Assembly (NCBI GenBank): GCA_001275005.1
Contig: JWZX01002561.1
Span: 1-39,234, forward strand
Direction: 5' to 3'
Source of the DNA: Chrysochromulina tobinii
Taxonomy: Eukaryota
DNA length: 39,234 nt
The number at the start of each line of letters is the position of its first letter. Positions within the stretch are counted from its first letter, which is position 1. The notes beneath the pieces were generated by a model. The model was not told the DNA's origin, did not search any database, and saw nothing but the letters and a program-made list of their open reading frames with translations. Below, in pieces: positions 19,678-29,704 of the stretch. The position numbers and the translations under genes were made by a program.

Positions 19678-21954
19678 ATGCATTCCTTCCTTGCTTGCTT
19701 GCTCTCGACGAGCGTTCGAGCTGCCATGGTGGGTGTGCAAAATTTGACCTGCTACCACGACCATGCTGCTACCACCGAGGCTGTCTTCATACCTTTGCGG
19801 GCATCACCCACGGAATGCAACGTGCAGCGCCTGATCGCCCTGGCACGTTCTGCGCAACGCACTGTGGTTCTGTTGTTGCCGCAGCCAAATGCCAGCCTTG
19901 AACATCGGCTTAGGCAGGATTACAGTCTCGACAATCTGATCATTCAACCGAACCCAGAAGGTGTGGACGCGCCGTGGATGTCGTCATTTGCTCATGCTAC
20001 CATGCGTTCCGGCGTAAGCAAGGGCGCTTTCATCACTTGGCTGGCCTCCCAGAAGCGATTCACTCGCGCCTGGCACATTGAAGAGGACGTGCTTTTCACG
20101 GGACGCTGGCATGAGCTTTTCGATGCTTACGTGACCAGCCCAGCGGACCTCGTGGCGAACATTCAAAAAATTCACCCCGGCTGGGCGTACGAACACTCCT
20201 GCAAAGTTCGGGCCGATCTTCCTTGCTACCCTCACGGAGTGCAAACACCTGGTGTGGATGGTTTGGTTACGGCGTGGCCTGCGATGCGCCTATCTGCAGC
20301 GCTTGCGCACCAGCTTTGCTCCTCGCTGCAGCACGACGGTGCAACAGGGCACCACGAAGCGCTGCCAGGCCCGATCTGCCAGAGGCTCAAATGGTGCAAG
20401 CTGCAGCGGCTGTCAAAGGAACATGTAGCTGAAACATTCGCCTTGGGCGGCTCGAACAAGGCCCTCTCAACTACTACTTGGCAACAAACGGGGGTTGGAC
20501 GCATGTTTCGCAGAAGGGATGCAGATGGTGTGTTGAAATGGGGCGGCGTTGTCTTGAATCGCACGCTTTATCATCCGATCAAGTGTGGCGCCGACCTTCC
20601 ACTGAACTCTTCAACTTCATACCATGATCCATGCTTTCGGAGCTCGGCATGCATTCAGAGCCGCTTCGTGAATCAGCTAACACCTAAGGTCAGCAAATGC
20701 CCAGATTTCTACCTCCGCAGATACGAGCAGCCGTTGCCTTTGTCCTACGTAAACACGCATGACCACTGGTTGATAGAAAAGCCGCTGCTGGAATCTCGAA
20801 GAAACCACGATTGTATGGTGATCGAAAAGGGAGGCCAAACGCTCGTCAACATTCTCGGGCGCTGGGCACGCAGCGTTGAAACACTTGACCTAATCACCGG
20901 AGCTACTTCAATGGCGAACACGTCGAGCGAACTTGATCCCGCTGGTTACCCGCTCAACAACTTGAATCACGTCTACGCAGTGCCCGTCTCTTCGCAATTA
21001 GAAGGTGCAGAGGGCCACGTCGACGAGATCTGGCTGCCATGCGGCTTCCATGGCGACGAAGTGAACTCAGAGATCAGCAGCCATTATGCTCGAATCATCG
21101 ATCTAAGCACCCTTCGTGTCCGGCTCGGACCTCGCCTCTTGCGTGCAGGTGGCGCGTGCAGCGCACAACCTATCCGACTCGAGGGACCCGGCACACCGGC
21201 TCATGTATGCAGCTTCGGCGGGACGGAAGGCAGCCACGATAAGGGCAAGTTCTTAGACACAGTAGCGTGCTACGATCGCCGAGCCAACGTGTGGAACGAG
21301 CCCTTCGGCCGCTTACCCATTGGGTTAGATCATTCAAATGCAGCAATCATTCCTGCAGGTACTTGCTCTCCCAAAGACGACACGCGTGTGCTCCTGCTCA
21401 ACTTTCGAACTCGTGCGTACGGCGGACATCATCCAGAGGTGTGGGCACATGACATGCCCAAGCGTGGACTTGGCACCGTCAACAAGTCGGGCAGCGCAGG
21501 ATGGTACGTTTTTGCTAACCACTCGGACGGAACTTCTGCCAGCTTGCCGCGTGATGCGTCCGGTTTGGTTGTCGCCGAGGGTGGCCGCTGGCTGATCAAC
21601 TACGGCGGAATTACCTATGTGTACCCACCGGGGCAAGAGTACAACCAGACGCTGAAAAGGGGTGCCCCTTTCTCAGACGTGCGTATCTTCGACGTGTGTG
21701 GCAGTCGCAAGTGGCACTTGGCACCGAAGCAATCGCACCTCGGTCTCAGAACTTTTGCAATTCAGACCTGTGCGAGCAAAGAACTTGGTGTTGCATTCAC
21801 GTGTGGTGGTCAAGCTCCATATAAGTGGCACACGACCCATCCAGAGACGCATATCAACTTGCCCTTCTGCATTGCCAACCCGATCCCAAAGAGACTATCC
21901 CTCAAAGGACGACGATTGGAGGACCATACTGTGCGCGAGCGTGCCACTGAGTGA
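19678..21954 (+). CDS. Secreted two-domain protein: DUF3405-like (glycosyltransferase-like) domain plus Kelch-type beta-propeller, 758 aa, intronless
   Basis: Signal-like N-terminus. WHIEEDVLFTGRWHELFD, MRLS, GHHEA and LYHPIK match my recollection of DUF3405. Kelch-like GG/W blades (SFGG...CYDRRANVW, NYGG...IFDVCGSRKW, TCGG). Confidence 0.72.
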   Translation: MHSFLACLLSTSVRAAMVGVQNLTCYHDHAATTEAVFIPLRASPTECNVQRLIALARSAQRTVVLLLPQPNASLEHRLRQDYSLDNLIIQPNPEGVDAPWMSSFAHATMRSGVSKGAFITWLASQKRFTRAWHIEEDVLFTGRWHELFDAYVTSPADLVANIQKIHPGWAYEHSCKVRADLPCYPHGVQTPGVDGLVTAWPAMRLSAALAHQLCSSLQHDGATGHHEALPGPICQRLKWCKLQRLSKEHVAETFALGGSNKALSTTTWQQTGVGRMFRRRDADGVLKWGGVVLNRTLYHPIKCGADLPLNSSTSYHDPCFRSSACIQSRFVNQLTPKVSKCPDFYLRRYEQPLPLSYVNTHDHWLIEKPLLESRRNHDCMVIEKGGQTLVNILGRWARSVETLDLITGATSMANTSSELDPAGYPLNNLNHVYAVPVSSQLEGAEGHVDEIWLPCGFHGDEVNSEISSHYARIIDLSTLRVRLGPRLLRAGGACSAQPIRLEGPGTPAHVCSFGGTEGSHDKGKFLDTVACYDRRANVWNEPFGRLPIGLDHSNAAIIPAGTCSPKDDTRVLLLNFRTRAYGGHHPEVWAHDMPKRGLGTVNKSGSAGWYVFANHSDGTSASLPRDASGLVVAEGGRWLINYGGITYVYPPGQEYNQTLKRGAPFSDVRIFDVCGSRKWHLAPKQSHLGLRTFAIQTCASKELGVAFTCGGQAPYKWHTTHPETHINLPFCIANPIPKRLSLKGRRLEDHTVRERATE

Positions 21955-22910
21955 GTCACTGAGACGGATCGGAGACGGGACCCCCGTGGCCAGCGTGCTG
22001 GGTCGCGGGTTGTCGGTGATTTCTGAAGCTGAGGCGTTATATCGTTATATCGTGGTTGTCTTCCTTCCGCCAGGCTGGGGCAGGCAGGCAATAATTAAGG
22101 CCCCGCGCTAGCTCCGGCACTGAGCGGCGCGCACACAGCGGGCTTACAGCGGGCGGGCAGAAAAGCATGAATGCATACGATAATAATGACGATATTCATT
22201 CTACATTCTTCATTCATTTGGTGAGGTCAATGCAGCAATGCCTTGCCATAGTCGGAATCATACTAACGAAACCACGTCCGTCCGTGCCGTCCGGACTCAA
22301 GTGTGAGGGTCGCGTTGCCCTTGTGTCGTGTGTCGGAGAGTGAGCTGATCGCCGCCGCACACTCTGATCGTGCCCCACCCTCCCGCACGCGTACCCTGTA
22401 CGCTGGTATAGCTTAGGGGACTTGGAGCCCGGCCGGGGCCGCGGCCCGTCACCGCGTCTGGCCGGCCGCCTCCTGTTCTGGCTGGTGCGTCCTGTGCGGC
22501 CGTGGCGAGTCTGAGTGTGCGGGTCTGTTAGTATTTCGCCGTTTGTTTTTGCGGTGTTGAAAGTTGAAACTTGAAAGTTCAACAACCTACGCGGACGAAT
22601 CAACATCCCTTGGTTCACAGATGCGCTGCACAGAGAAGCCACGCGTGTCGTCATATGGATCAGTCTTGTGCTGGATCCGAACACTCCTGGCGACACACGC
22701 GGTTCGCGGGCCGGACGCGCGGCGGGAGACCGAGATGGGAGTGTGGAGGGACGAACCCAACTCACGCAAACACGGGACGTCTGTCGGTGAAGCGTGAACA
22801 CTCGTCTGGAGCACGTTTCCCGAGTCCAGTACTCTCGACAAGATCATGAATGTTCTTGCGGAACTTAGAGTCCCCAAACTAAAAACGCTCAAAACGACGC
22901 TCTGTATCGC

Positions 22911-24986
22911 ATGGAGTTCGGCCTCAAGCTCCTCTGGTCGACGGCGTCGGCCATCGGGCTGCGCCGACTGATGAAAATGTTGCCGAAGGCGTACAAGGCA
23001 ACGACCTTCTTCTTTGACGGCGTGGCCTGCAAGGGACACGTCGGCCTCACCATCGACGACGGGCTGTGCCGCAATGGCCCAGGGCCAAGCATGGTAGCGG
23101 AGGTCGCCACGCTCCTAAAAGAGCACGACGCGCGCTGCACCTTTTTCGTGTGCTCCGAGTACCTCGTTGGTGTCGAGGCCGAGGCGGAGGCGCTCGTTCA
23201 CGAGGGACACGAGCTCGGCAATCACATGACGTCCGACAAGCAATTCTACTTCCACAAGCTGCCAGCAGGCGAGTTTGAGCAGCAGCTGCGCGGTACGACC
23301 CAGGCCATCGAGGCCGTGCCTGGCGTCGGCCGCGTGCGCTGGTTCCGCGCTCCGCAGGCCCTGTACACCCAGTCGATGGAGCGGACGGTCACCTCGCACG
23401 GCTTGCGGCACGCGCTGGGCGACTGCTACGCGGACGACTGGGCGATGGAACACAATGCGGACTTTGTGGCGAGGACGATCTTGAAGCAGGTACGGGATGG
23501 GTCCGTGATCGTGCTCCACCAGCCCGAGAGGGGCTTCCGCGAGCACACCTTCGCCATCCTGCGCCAAGTCCTCGAGGGACTGAGGGCGAAGGGCCTCAAG
23601 TGCCGCACTCTGTCGGAGATGGCGTCTTTGGAGGGAGCCGCTCGGAGATCGCACCTCGGAGATCGCGCTCTCTCCGAGATGGCGTCTTTGGAGGGAGCCG
23701 CTCGGAGATCGCATCTCGGAGATCGCACTCTCTCCGAGATGGCGTCTTTGGAGGGAGCCGCTCGGAGATCGCATCTCGGAGATCGCACTCTCTCCGAGGT
23801 GGCGTCTTTGGAGGGAGCGGATCCGATGGTGGCCGAGGCGGCGATGGAGACGGCGGCGGAGACGGCGGCGGTGGCGTGGGCGGCGGCGGATGCCAGCGCG
23901 GAGCATGACATGCTGGCTGCGCCGACGAGCACCGAGCCTCTACCGACTTCGATCCACAGTCGGCATCCTTCGATCGACTGCGCGTGCTACTACACCGAAA
24001 ACTTCTTCTTCGGCCCGCGCCACTTCTTCTTTGGTCCGCGCCACTTCACGTTCGAGGGCGAGGATGCCTTCCGACGGCAGAATGCAGACTTGCTGGCAAG
24101 TCTCTCACCCTCGGATGCGGAAGGACTGCTGAGCGGTTTGGAGGCGGAGGCATTGCGCAGGCGGCAGCAGCCCGCCCTCGCCGCGGCGCGCAAGGCGAAA
24201 ATCGAGGCCGAGTACACACGGCTGCACCCGAGCTTGTGGACGCTATGTGACGAATGGCTCCATGCGGACTTCATCGAGCTCGTTCATCGCGCGCGTCGTG
24301 CTGGGCGTGCCCACGACGGCGCCCACGAAGGCGCCCCAAAAGACGGTGGCGGCGCGGAGCCCTTCAAACCTCCACGCAAGGTGGCCGAGGGCGTGTTCGC
24401 GCTACCCGTCTTCTCGGAGCGCTTCTGTCAGCTACTTTGCGAGGAGCTCGATGCCTTCGGCCGGTCGGGCCTGCCATGCGGGCAGCCCAATAGCATGAAC
24501 CGACACGGCGCGCTGTTGGACGAGCTCGGCCTCTACCCCGGGCTTCTCGATCCTCTGGTACGCGAGTGGCTGGTGCCGCTCTGCAGCCAGATCCCTGCAT
24601 TCGCCGCGGTGGGTGGAGGGCATCTCAACAGTCACAAGAGCTTTGTGGTCACGTACAGAATTGGCGAAGACGAGCACCTGACGGAGCACTTTGACAATGC
24701 GGAGGTGACCCTCAACGCCAACCTGGGTTTGAGCTTTGAGGCGGGCGAGCTGTGCTTCTACGGCCACAAGGACGCCGCGAAGGACGCGCCGAGCGCCCAC
24801 CACGCATGGACGGCGGGCGTGGGCCACGCGGTACTGCACCTTGGCCAGCAAGTGCATGCTGCGCTGCCCATCACCGAGGGCGAGCGGCGCAACCTTGTCA
24901 TCTGGATGCGTTCGACGGCGTGGCGCCGAGAGAATGGATGCCCCATGTGCGGCAGCACTGATCGCTTGCTCGAGGGCTCCGCATAG
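22911..24986 (+). CDS. Fusion of a NodB-type polysaccharide deacetylase (CE4) and an OGFOD2-like 2OG-Fe(II) oxygenase, 691 aa
   Basis: N-half: LTIDDG, HELGNH, WFRAP, DW, GSVIVLH. C-half: PNSMNRHG, FVVTY, HFD (HxD), VTLNANLG, H..LPITEGERRNLVIWMRS, terminal CxxC. Confidence 0.82.
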   Translation: MEFGLKLLWSTASAIGLRRLMKMLPKAYKATTFFFDGVACKGHVGLTIDDGLCRNGPGPSMVAEVATLLKEHDARCTFFVCSEYLVGVEAEAEALVHEGHELGNHMTSDKQFYFHKLPAGEFEQQLRGTTQAIEAVPGVGRVRWFRAPQALYTQSMERTVTSHGLRHALGDCYADDWAMEHNADFVARTILKQVRDGSVIVLHQPERGFREHTFAILRQVLEGLRAKGLKCRTLSEMASLEGAARRSHLGDRALSEMASLEGAARRSHLGDRTLSEMASLEGAARRSHLGDRTLSEVASLEGADPMVAEAAMETAAETAAVAWAAADASAEHDMLAAPTSTEPLPTSIHSRHPSIDCACYYTENFFFGPRHFFFGPRHFTFEGEDAFRRQNADLLASLSPSDAEGLLSGLEAEALRRRQQPALAAARKAKIEAEYTRLHPSLWTLCDEWLHADFIELVHRARRAGRAHDGAHEGAPKDGGGAEPFKPPRKVAEGVFALPVFSERFCQLLCEELDAFGRSGLPCGQPNSMNRHGALLDELGLYPGLLDPLVREWLVPLCSQIPAFAAVGGGHLNSHKSFVVTYRIGEDEHLTEHFDNAEVTLNANLGLSFEAGELCFYGHKDAAKDAPSAHHAWTAGVGHAVLHLGQQVHAALPITEGERRNLVIWMRSTAWRRENGCPMCGSTDRLLEGSA
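23604..23818 (+). repeat. 60-bp coding tandem repeat (20 aa RTLSEMASLEGAARRSHLGD), ~3.6 copies
   Basis: Near-identical 60-bp period directly visible. Confidence 0.95.
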
Positions 24987-25617
24987 GCGCCGTGATGGGC
25001 GCCTAGTAAGCGGTGCGCGGGTGGCAGCGAGCGCCCGGAGTCGCTGATCGTGCTGACTGCTGTTGAAACTTGAATCTTGCGTCTCCGGCTCTTGGAAACG
25101 AGGGCCAGGCATCACCGCGGGGTAGGTTTCTGGATTCACGGCCGCCCGGCCGCCCCGGCATGCATGTCTCGTCCGGTCTTACCGACCTACGCTAACCCCA
25201 CCATAGTTACCATGATAGTTACACTCTCGGGGTGCGCGACCGGTGTGCACTGTGCTGAGTGCCGTGCTGTATGCGTATGTATGCAGGGGTGCCCCCTGGG
25301 TGCACGCGCCGCAGCCGGCGAGACTCGCAGCTCGGTCCTCGGTGTTTCCTGATCCTGTGAATTTCCCGTAGACGGCGTGACCGTGTGACCGCGTGCGCGT
25401 CACCCGTCAGACGGCGCGGACCGTGAGCCTGCGTGACGGCTGAGACGTGAGAGCTCTGACGTGAGCAGAGCATGATAATAAAATATCACGTCATACTCTC
25501 GCATGCCTCAGCGCGACCCTTGAGATTGGCGCTCATTCTAACAGCGCCCACTCTCTCGACTATACCCGGGTCCTATATCGTCGCATCGTCACCATTGTGA
25601 CTGTCTCTGAGGCGCGC

Positions 25618-26334
25618 TCAGCTCTCGTCGTGAGGCGAGGCCCCGGCAGCTGGATTGGCTTGCGCCTGGCCATACAGCCAGCACGAGCGCGCACACGACT
25701 TGGCCATGTAGACCTGGTTGCGCGTGCACTCGCCGGAGGCCGCCCAGGTAGGGCACTGCTTGCTCTCGTCGGCGAGGCGCAATGCCTGGTCGGTGGCTGC
25801 GCTCTGTGCACTCGCGGTCTCATTTGGCTCAGCGTCCGGCGGCTGGCAGAGGTTGCACGAGCGCGGGCACCGGCCCTCCATGTACGCGGCATTCTTTACG
25901 CACTCCCCCGCGCTGGCCCAGTCGGCGCAGCGGTCGTTTTTGTCCCTGCACGGCGTCGGCGCCGCCGGCGCCGCCGAAACAGCGCGCCCCGCTGGCGGGA
26001 TGGCCTCTGGGCTTTTGTGAGCGGCCGCGGCCTTGACGTCCGCCGGCTTCGCCTGCTGAACGATAGTGGCGGTGGCGACGTCCTCGCTGAGCTGGCGGGC
26101 CGCGATGCCGACGCTCTCAACAGATGCGGCGACTATGGGTTGCGAGTTGCGGAGGATGAGAGTGGAGGAGCCGACAATGGCGAGGAGAAAGAAGGTGACG
26201 ATGCCTACGATGGTGGCCGCGGAGGGGCATGGAGGTTGCTGCGAAGAGACCGTGATCGGCAGGATCGGCGACGGCGACGATCTGCTGCGGCGCGAGAGGG
26301 ATGCCTCCGACAGCGACCTCGAAAACGATGACAT
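25618..26334 (-). CDS. Type II membrane protein with two ShKT domains (238 aa)
   Basis: From MSSFSRS (ATG 26334): TM IVGIVTFFLLAIVG; ShKT CRDKNDRCADWASAGECVKNAAYMEGRCPRSCNLC and a second copy lacking the first and last Cys. Confidence 0.85.
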   Translation of the reverse strand: MSSFSRSLSEASLSRRSRSSPSPILPITVSSQQPPCPSAATIVGIVTFFLLAIVGSSTLILRNSQPIVAASVESVGIAARQLSEDVATATIVQQAKPADVKAAAAHKSPEAIPPAGRAVSAAPAAPTPCRDKNDRCADWASAGECVKNAAYMEGRCPRSCNLCQPPDAEPNETASAQSAATDQALRLADESKQCPTWAASGECTRNQVYMAKSCARSCWLYGQAQANPAAGASPHDES

Positions 26335-26534
26335 GAGGAGCGTTTGATCGTTTTGGTGGCAGGGCAGTTCTCTTTCGAAACTGTCACGGTGAGAGAGAAC
26401 GGTTATTCGTCTTTGCAGAAGAGAATCTCCAAACATGTGACACTTTCTCCACGAGCTGCCCCTTTACTCATTTAACGTGCACAAATTTTACTAGTAATGA
26501 CTTGACTTGTCTTGGCTTGAAACTTTCGGCATCG

Positions 26535-28864
26535 ATGAGCGGCGACATCGGCGGAGCGGAAGAGGACTCCGAGGAGGACCCGGAGTTCTCGCCCGACCTG
26601 GGCTTTAGCAGCGTCGCAAAGCCGCTCTCGTATCAGCACCCGCACGCGCACGTGAAGACGGAGATAGGGGACGCGTGCTTTGGCGTGCCGTACGGCGACG
26701 AGGATGATGAGGACGACGAGGACGAAGATGAGGGCGATTCCGACGCGCTGAGCGACGAGATCCGCTTCAGCCACGAGCGCTACTTCTCGCCGCGCCTGCA
26801 CGAGCTGCTGCGCGGCTCGGTCAAGGGCGGTGACCCTGCGTCGCACACGGGGCTACTCACGGGCGTGCGGCCGATGCTGCTGCACCAGAGCGACTCGCCA
26901 CATCCAGAGCGCCCCGCACGCCTCGTCGCCATCTACAATGAGCTCATCGAACGCGGGCTCGACGCGCGCTCGCGCCTGGTACCGGCGCGAGAGGCAAGCA
27001 CAGCTGACCTCGAGCTCGTGCACACGCCCGAGCAGGTGGCTAAGTCGACAGGGCTGTACCCGAGCGACGGCGCGGCGAGCGCGACACTCGGCCTCGACAG
27101 CGACACCTACTTCGCCGCAAGCGCCTCCGGGTACGCGGCCCGCCTCGCGGCAGGCTCCGTCGTCGAGCTGGTCACGCGAGTGGTGCACGGCGAGCTGCGG
27201 AATGCGCTCGCAGTGGTGCGTCCTCCAGGGCACCATTGCGAAGCGACGCAGGCGATGGGCTTCTGCCTGCTCAACAATGTGTGCGTGGCCGTCGCCGTCG
27301 CGCGCCGCCGCCTCGGGGTCCCCCGAGTCCTCGTCGTCGATTGGGATGTTCATCATGGCAACGGCGTGCAGGTGCGTCGATGGGGACCGCTGATGACCTC
27401 CCTCATCATAATCATGACCTGCCTGAACGCCTCATTGAACGCCTCTCTGAGAGTTGCCCTACTGACGGCCTCGCGACTGCAGAACATCTTTCGCGACGAC
27501 CCGACCGTCCTCTACGTATCGCTGCACAGGTGCACGCGGATTGCGCGCGGAGTGCACGCTGATTTCACGCTGATTGCACGCTGATTGCACGCTGATTGCA
27601 CGATGATTGCAGGATGATTGCACGACGATTGCACCCTGATTGCACCCTGATTGCACGCTGATTGCAGGATGATTGCACGACGATTGCACGCTGATTACCT
27701 CTTCGTATCGCTGCACAGGTACAGTCACGGCGCTGATGGATCCGACCCGCCCGCGGCGCCGGCTCGCATGCCGTTGTGTTCTTTCCGCGTCTGTGAAGGC
27801 TGCTGACTGGGCGTTCGCGTCTGTGATTGCTGTTTGACTGGCCGCTGAGTGGCGTCTGATGGCCTCCTTCTTCAGGTACGACCAACTCGCCGGGTCGGCG
27901 TCTGATTGCGTATGATTGCGTATGATCGCGTCTGATGGCCTCCTTCATCAGGTTCGGGCGTGGCTTCTATCCGGGGACAGGCCACCCCAGGGACGTGGGT
28001 GACGACGCGGGCGAGGGCACCTCAGTCAACGTCGCTTGGGAGCGCGGTGAAGGCTATTCCGATGCGGAGTACCTTGCCGCCTTCGATCGTCTCATCATGC
28101 CCATTGCGCGCGAGTACGCGCCCGAGCTCGTGATCGTCTCGGCCGGATTCGACGCTGCACGCGGCGATCCGCTTGGGGGTATGGGCCCGGCGCCTCGATA
28201 TGGACTCGATGAGTGCTCCCGTCATCTCCCGATGATTAACTCCGTCATCACGGCGCCTCGATATGGACTCGATGAGTGCCCCTCGAATGGCGACAGCAAA
28301 TTGCTACACTCATTGCCTCCCTCCTCACTCTGATGACGTCGGATTGCGTCCTCGAGCCGGAGACGTAACGCCAGCCTGATGACGTCTGATTACCTCCCTC
28401 CTCACTCTGATGACGTCTGATTGCCCCCCTCCTCACTCTCATGACTTCTGATTGCCTCGCTCCTCACAGGAATGGACCTAACGCCGGCTGGCTACTTCCA
28501 CATGACCACTCTCCTCGGCACGCTAGCGGCCGGCCGTCTCGTCATCGCCCTCGAAGGCGGCTACAACCTGCGCTCGATTGCCGACTCGGCGGCCGCTGTC
28601 CATGCGAGCCTCCTCGGCGACCCACCGCCGCTCCTCATGCGCCGACCGCCGCGTCCGGAGGCTCTCGCCGACATCGAGGCCGCCGCGCGCGCGCTCGCGC
28701 CGTATTGGGCGTGCCTGCGCCCGCCGCCGCTCGCACGGCCAGCTCCAAAACGGGCGCGCGGTGCGCCCGCGGGCAACGCCCGGGACAGCGCCGGCGTGTA
28801 CAAGAAGAGCAAGGGAAGACGAGGTCGCCTGCACGGGCCGTGGTGGTATAGGTTCCTCTACTAG
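26535..28864 (+). CDS. Class II histone deacetylase (single catalytic domain), 3 inferred introns
   Basis: HPERPARL, RPPGHH, AMGFCLLNNV, DWDVHHGNG.Q, SLHR|FGRGFYPGTG, VSAGFDAARGDPLG, LEGGYNL. Introns 27372-27482, 27530-27951, 28179-28469 are phase-consistent. Confidence 0.93.
27530..27697 (+). repeat. Intronic 11-bp tandem repeat (ttgcacgctga)n, ~15 units
   Basis: Directly visible at the start of HDAC intron 2. Confidence 0.92.
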
Positions 28865-29704
28865 GAGCCGTGCACAGTATGGGTACACCACCGATCGAAG
28901 GCGTACCACATGATGAGGCGACGACGGACGGTGTGAGCCGAGAACAAGAGCTGCGAAAAGCGGACGAGAGAACGGCTGGTTGATGGGGGCGTGCATGCGG
29001 AGAGACTGATTCGACATAATTCCGAACTCGTATACGGTCACGTCAGAACCGAAACCGACTCTAGGTCATGACTCTACGGTACGTTCTCTGAACAAACAGT
29101 ACACAGAAACGGTTGAGATCATTCATCTCAGATCATAAACAAACAGTTCGTGTCCCGCTCAACTGACACCGTATCATGGAAAAGTCGCTCCCGTGAGAAC
29201 AACTTCGTTCCGCTGGCGCGCTGGGGTGTGGCTGTGCGGGACCGGATTAACGGATTGTACCATGGGCATGGTGAACATGTACCGGGCCCGTGGCTACCAG
29301 ATGGCCACAAAAAACAGTGGCGATCGGGTAATCAGAACGTCGAAAAACTGAATTTCCTTAATCCGATCTACACTCGGATATGGTCGCACTTGACACTCTC
29401 TACGCCATGTGCCTTTCATGACGTCTCATGGTGCCTTTGTCGTGTGTGCCAACGCAAGGAAATCAAGAAACGATGGATTATCGTGGAGCTGAGCTTTAAC
29501 ATTTGCCACGCAGCCACGCTATGAATCCGAGAAGCTGCAATGAGAGGATGACGTGCGGATGATTTCACCTTTGCCAGTTGCATGCAGACGGGCGAGACGC
29601 ACCGTTACACAAAAATTGTGACGTGTCTGTGCGTGTCGAGGAGATAGGAATCCTACAAAAGACAAGACGTCACGCTCACCAGTTCGCCGGGTCCCAAGCG
29701 CAAC

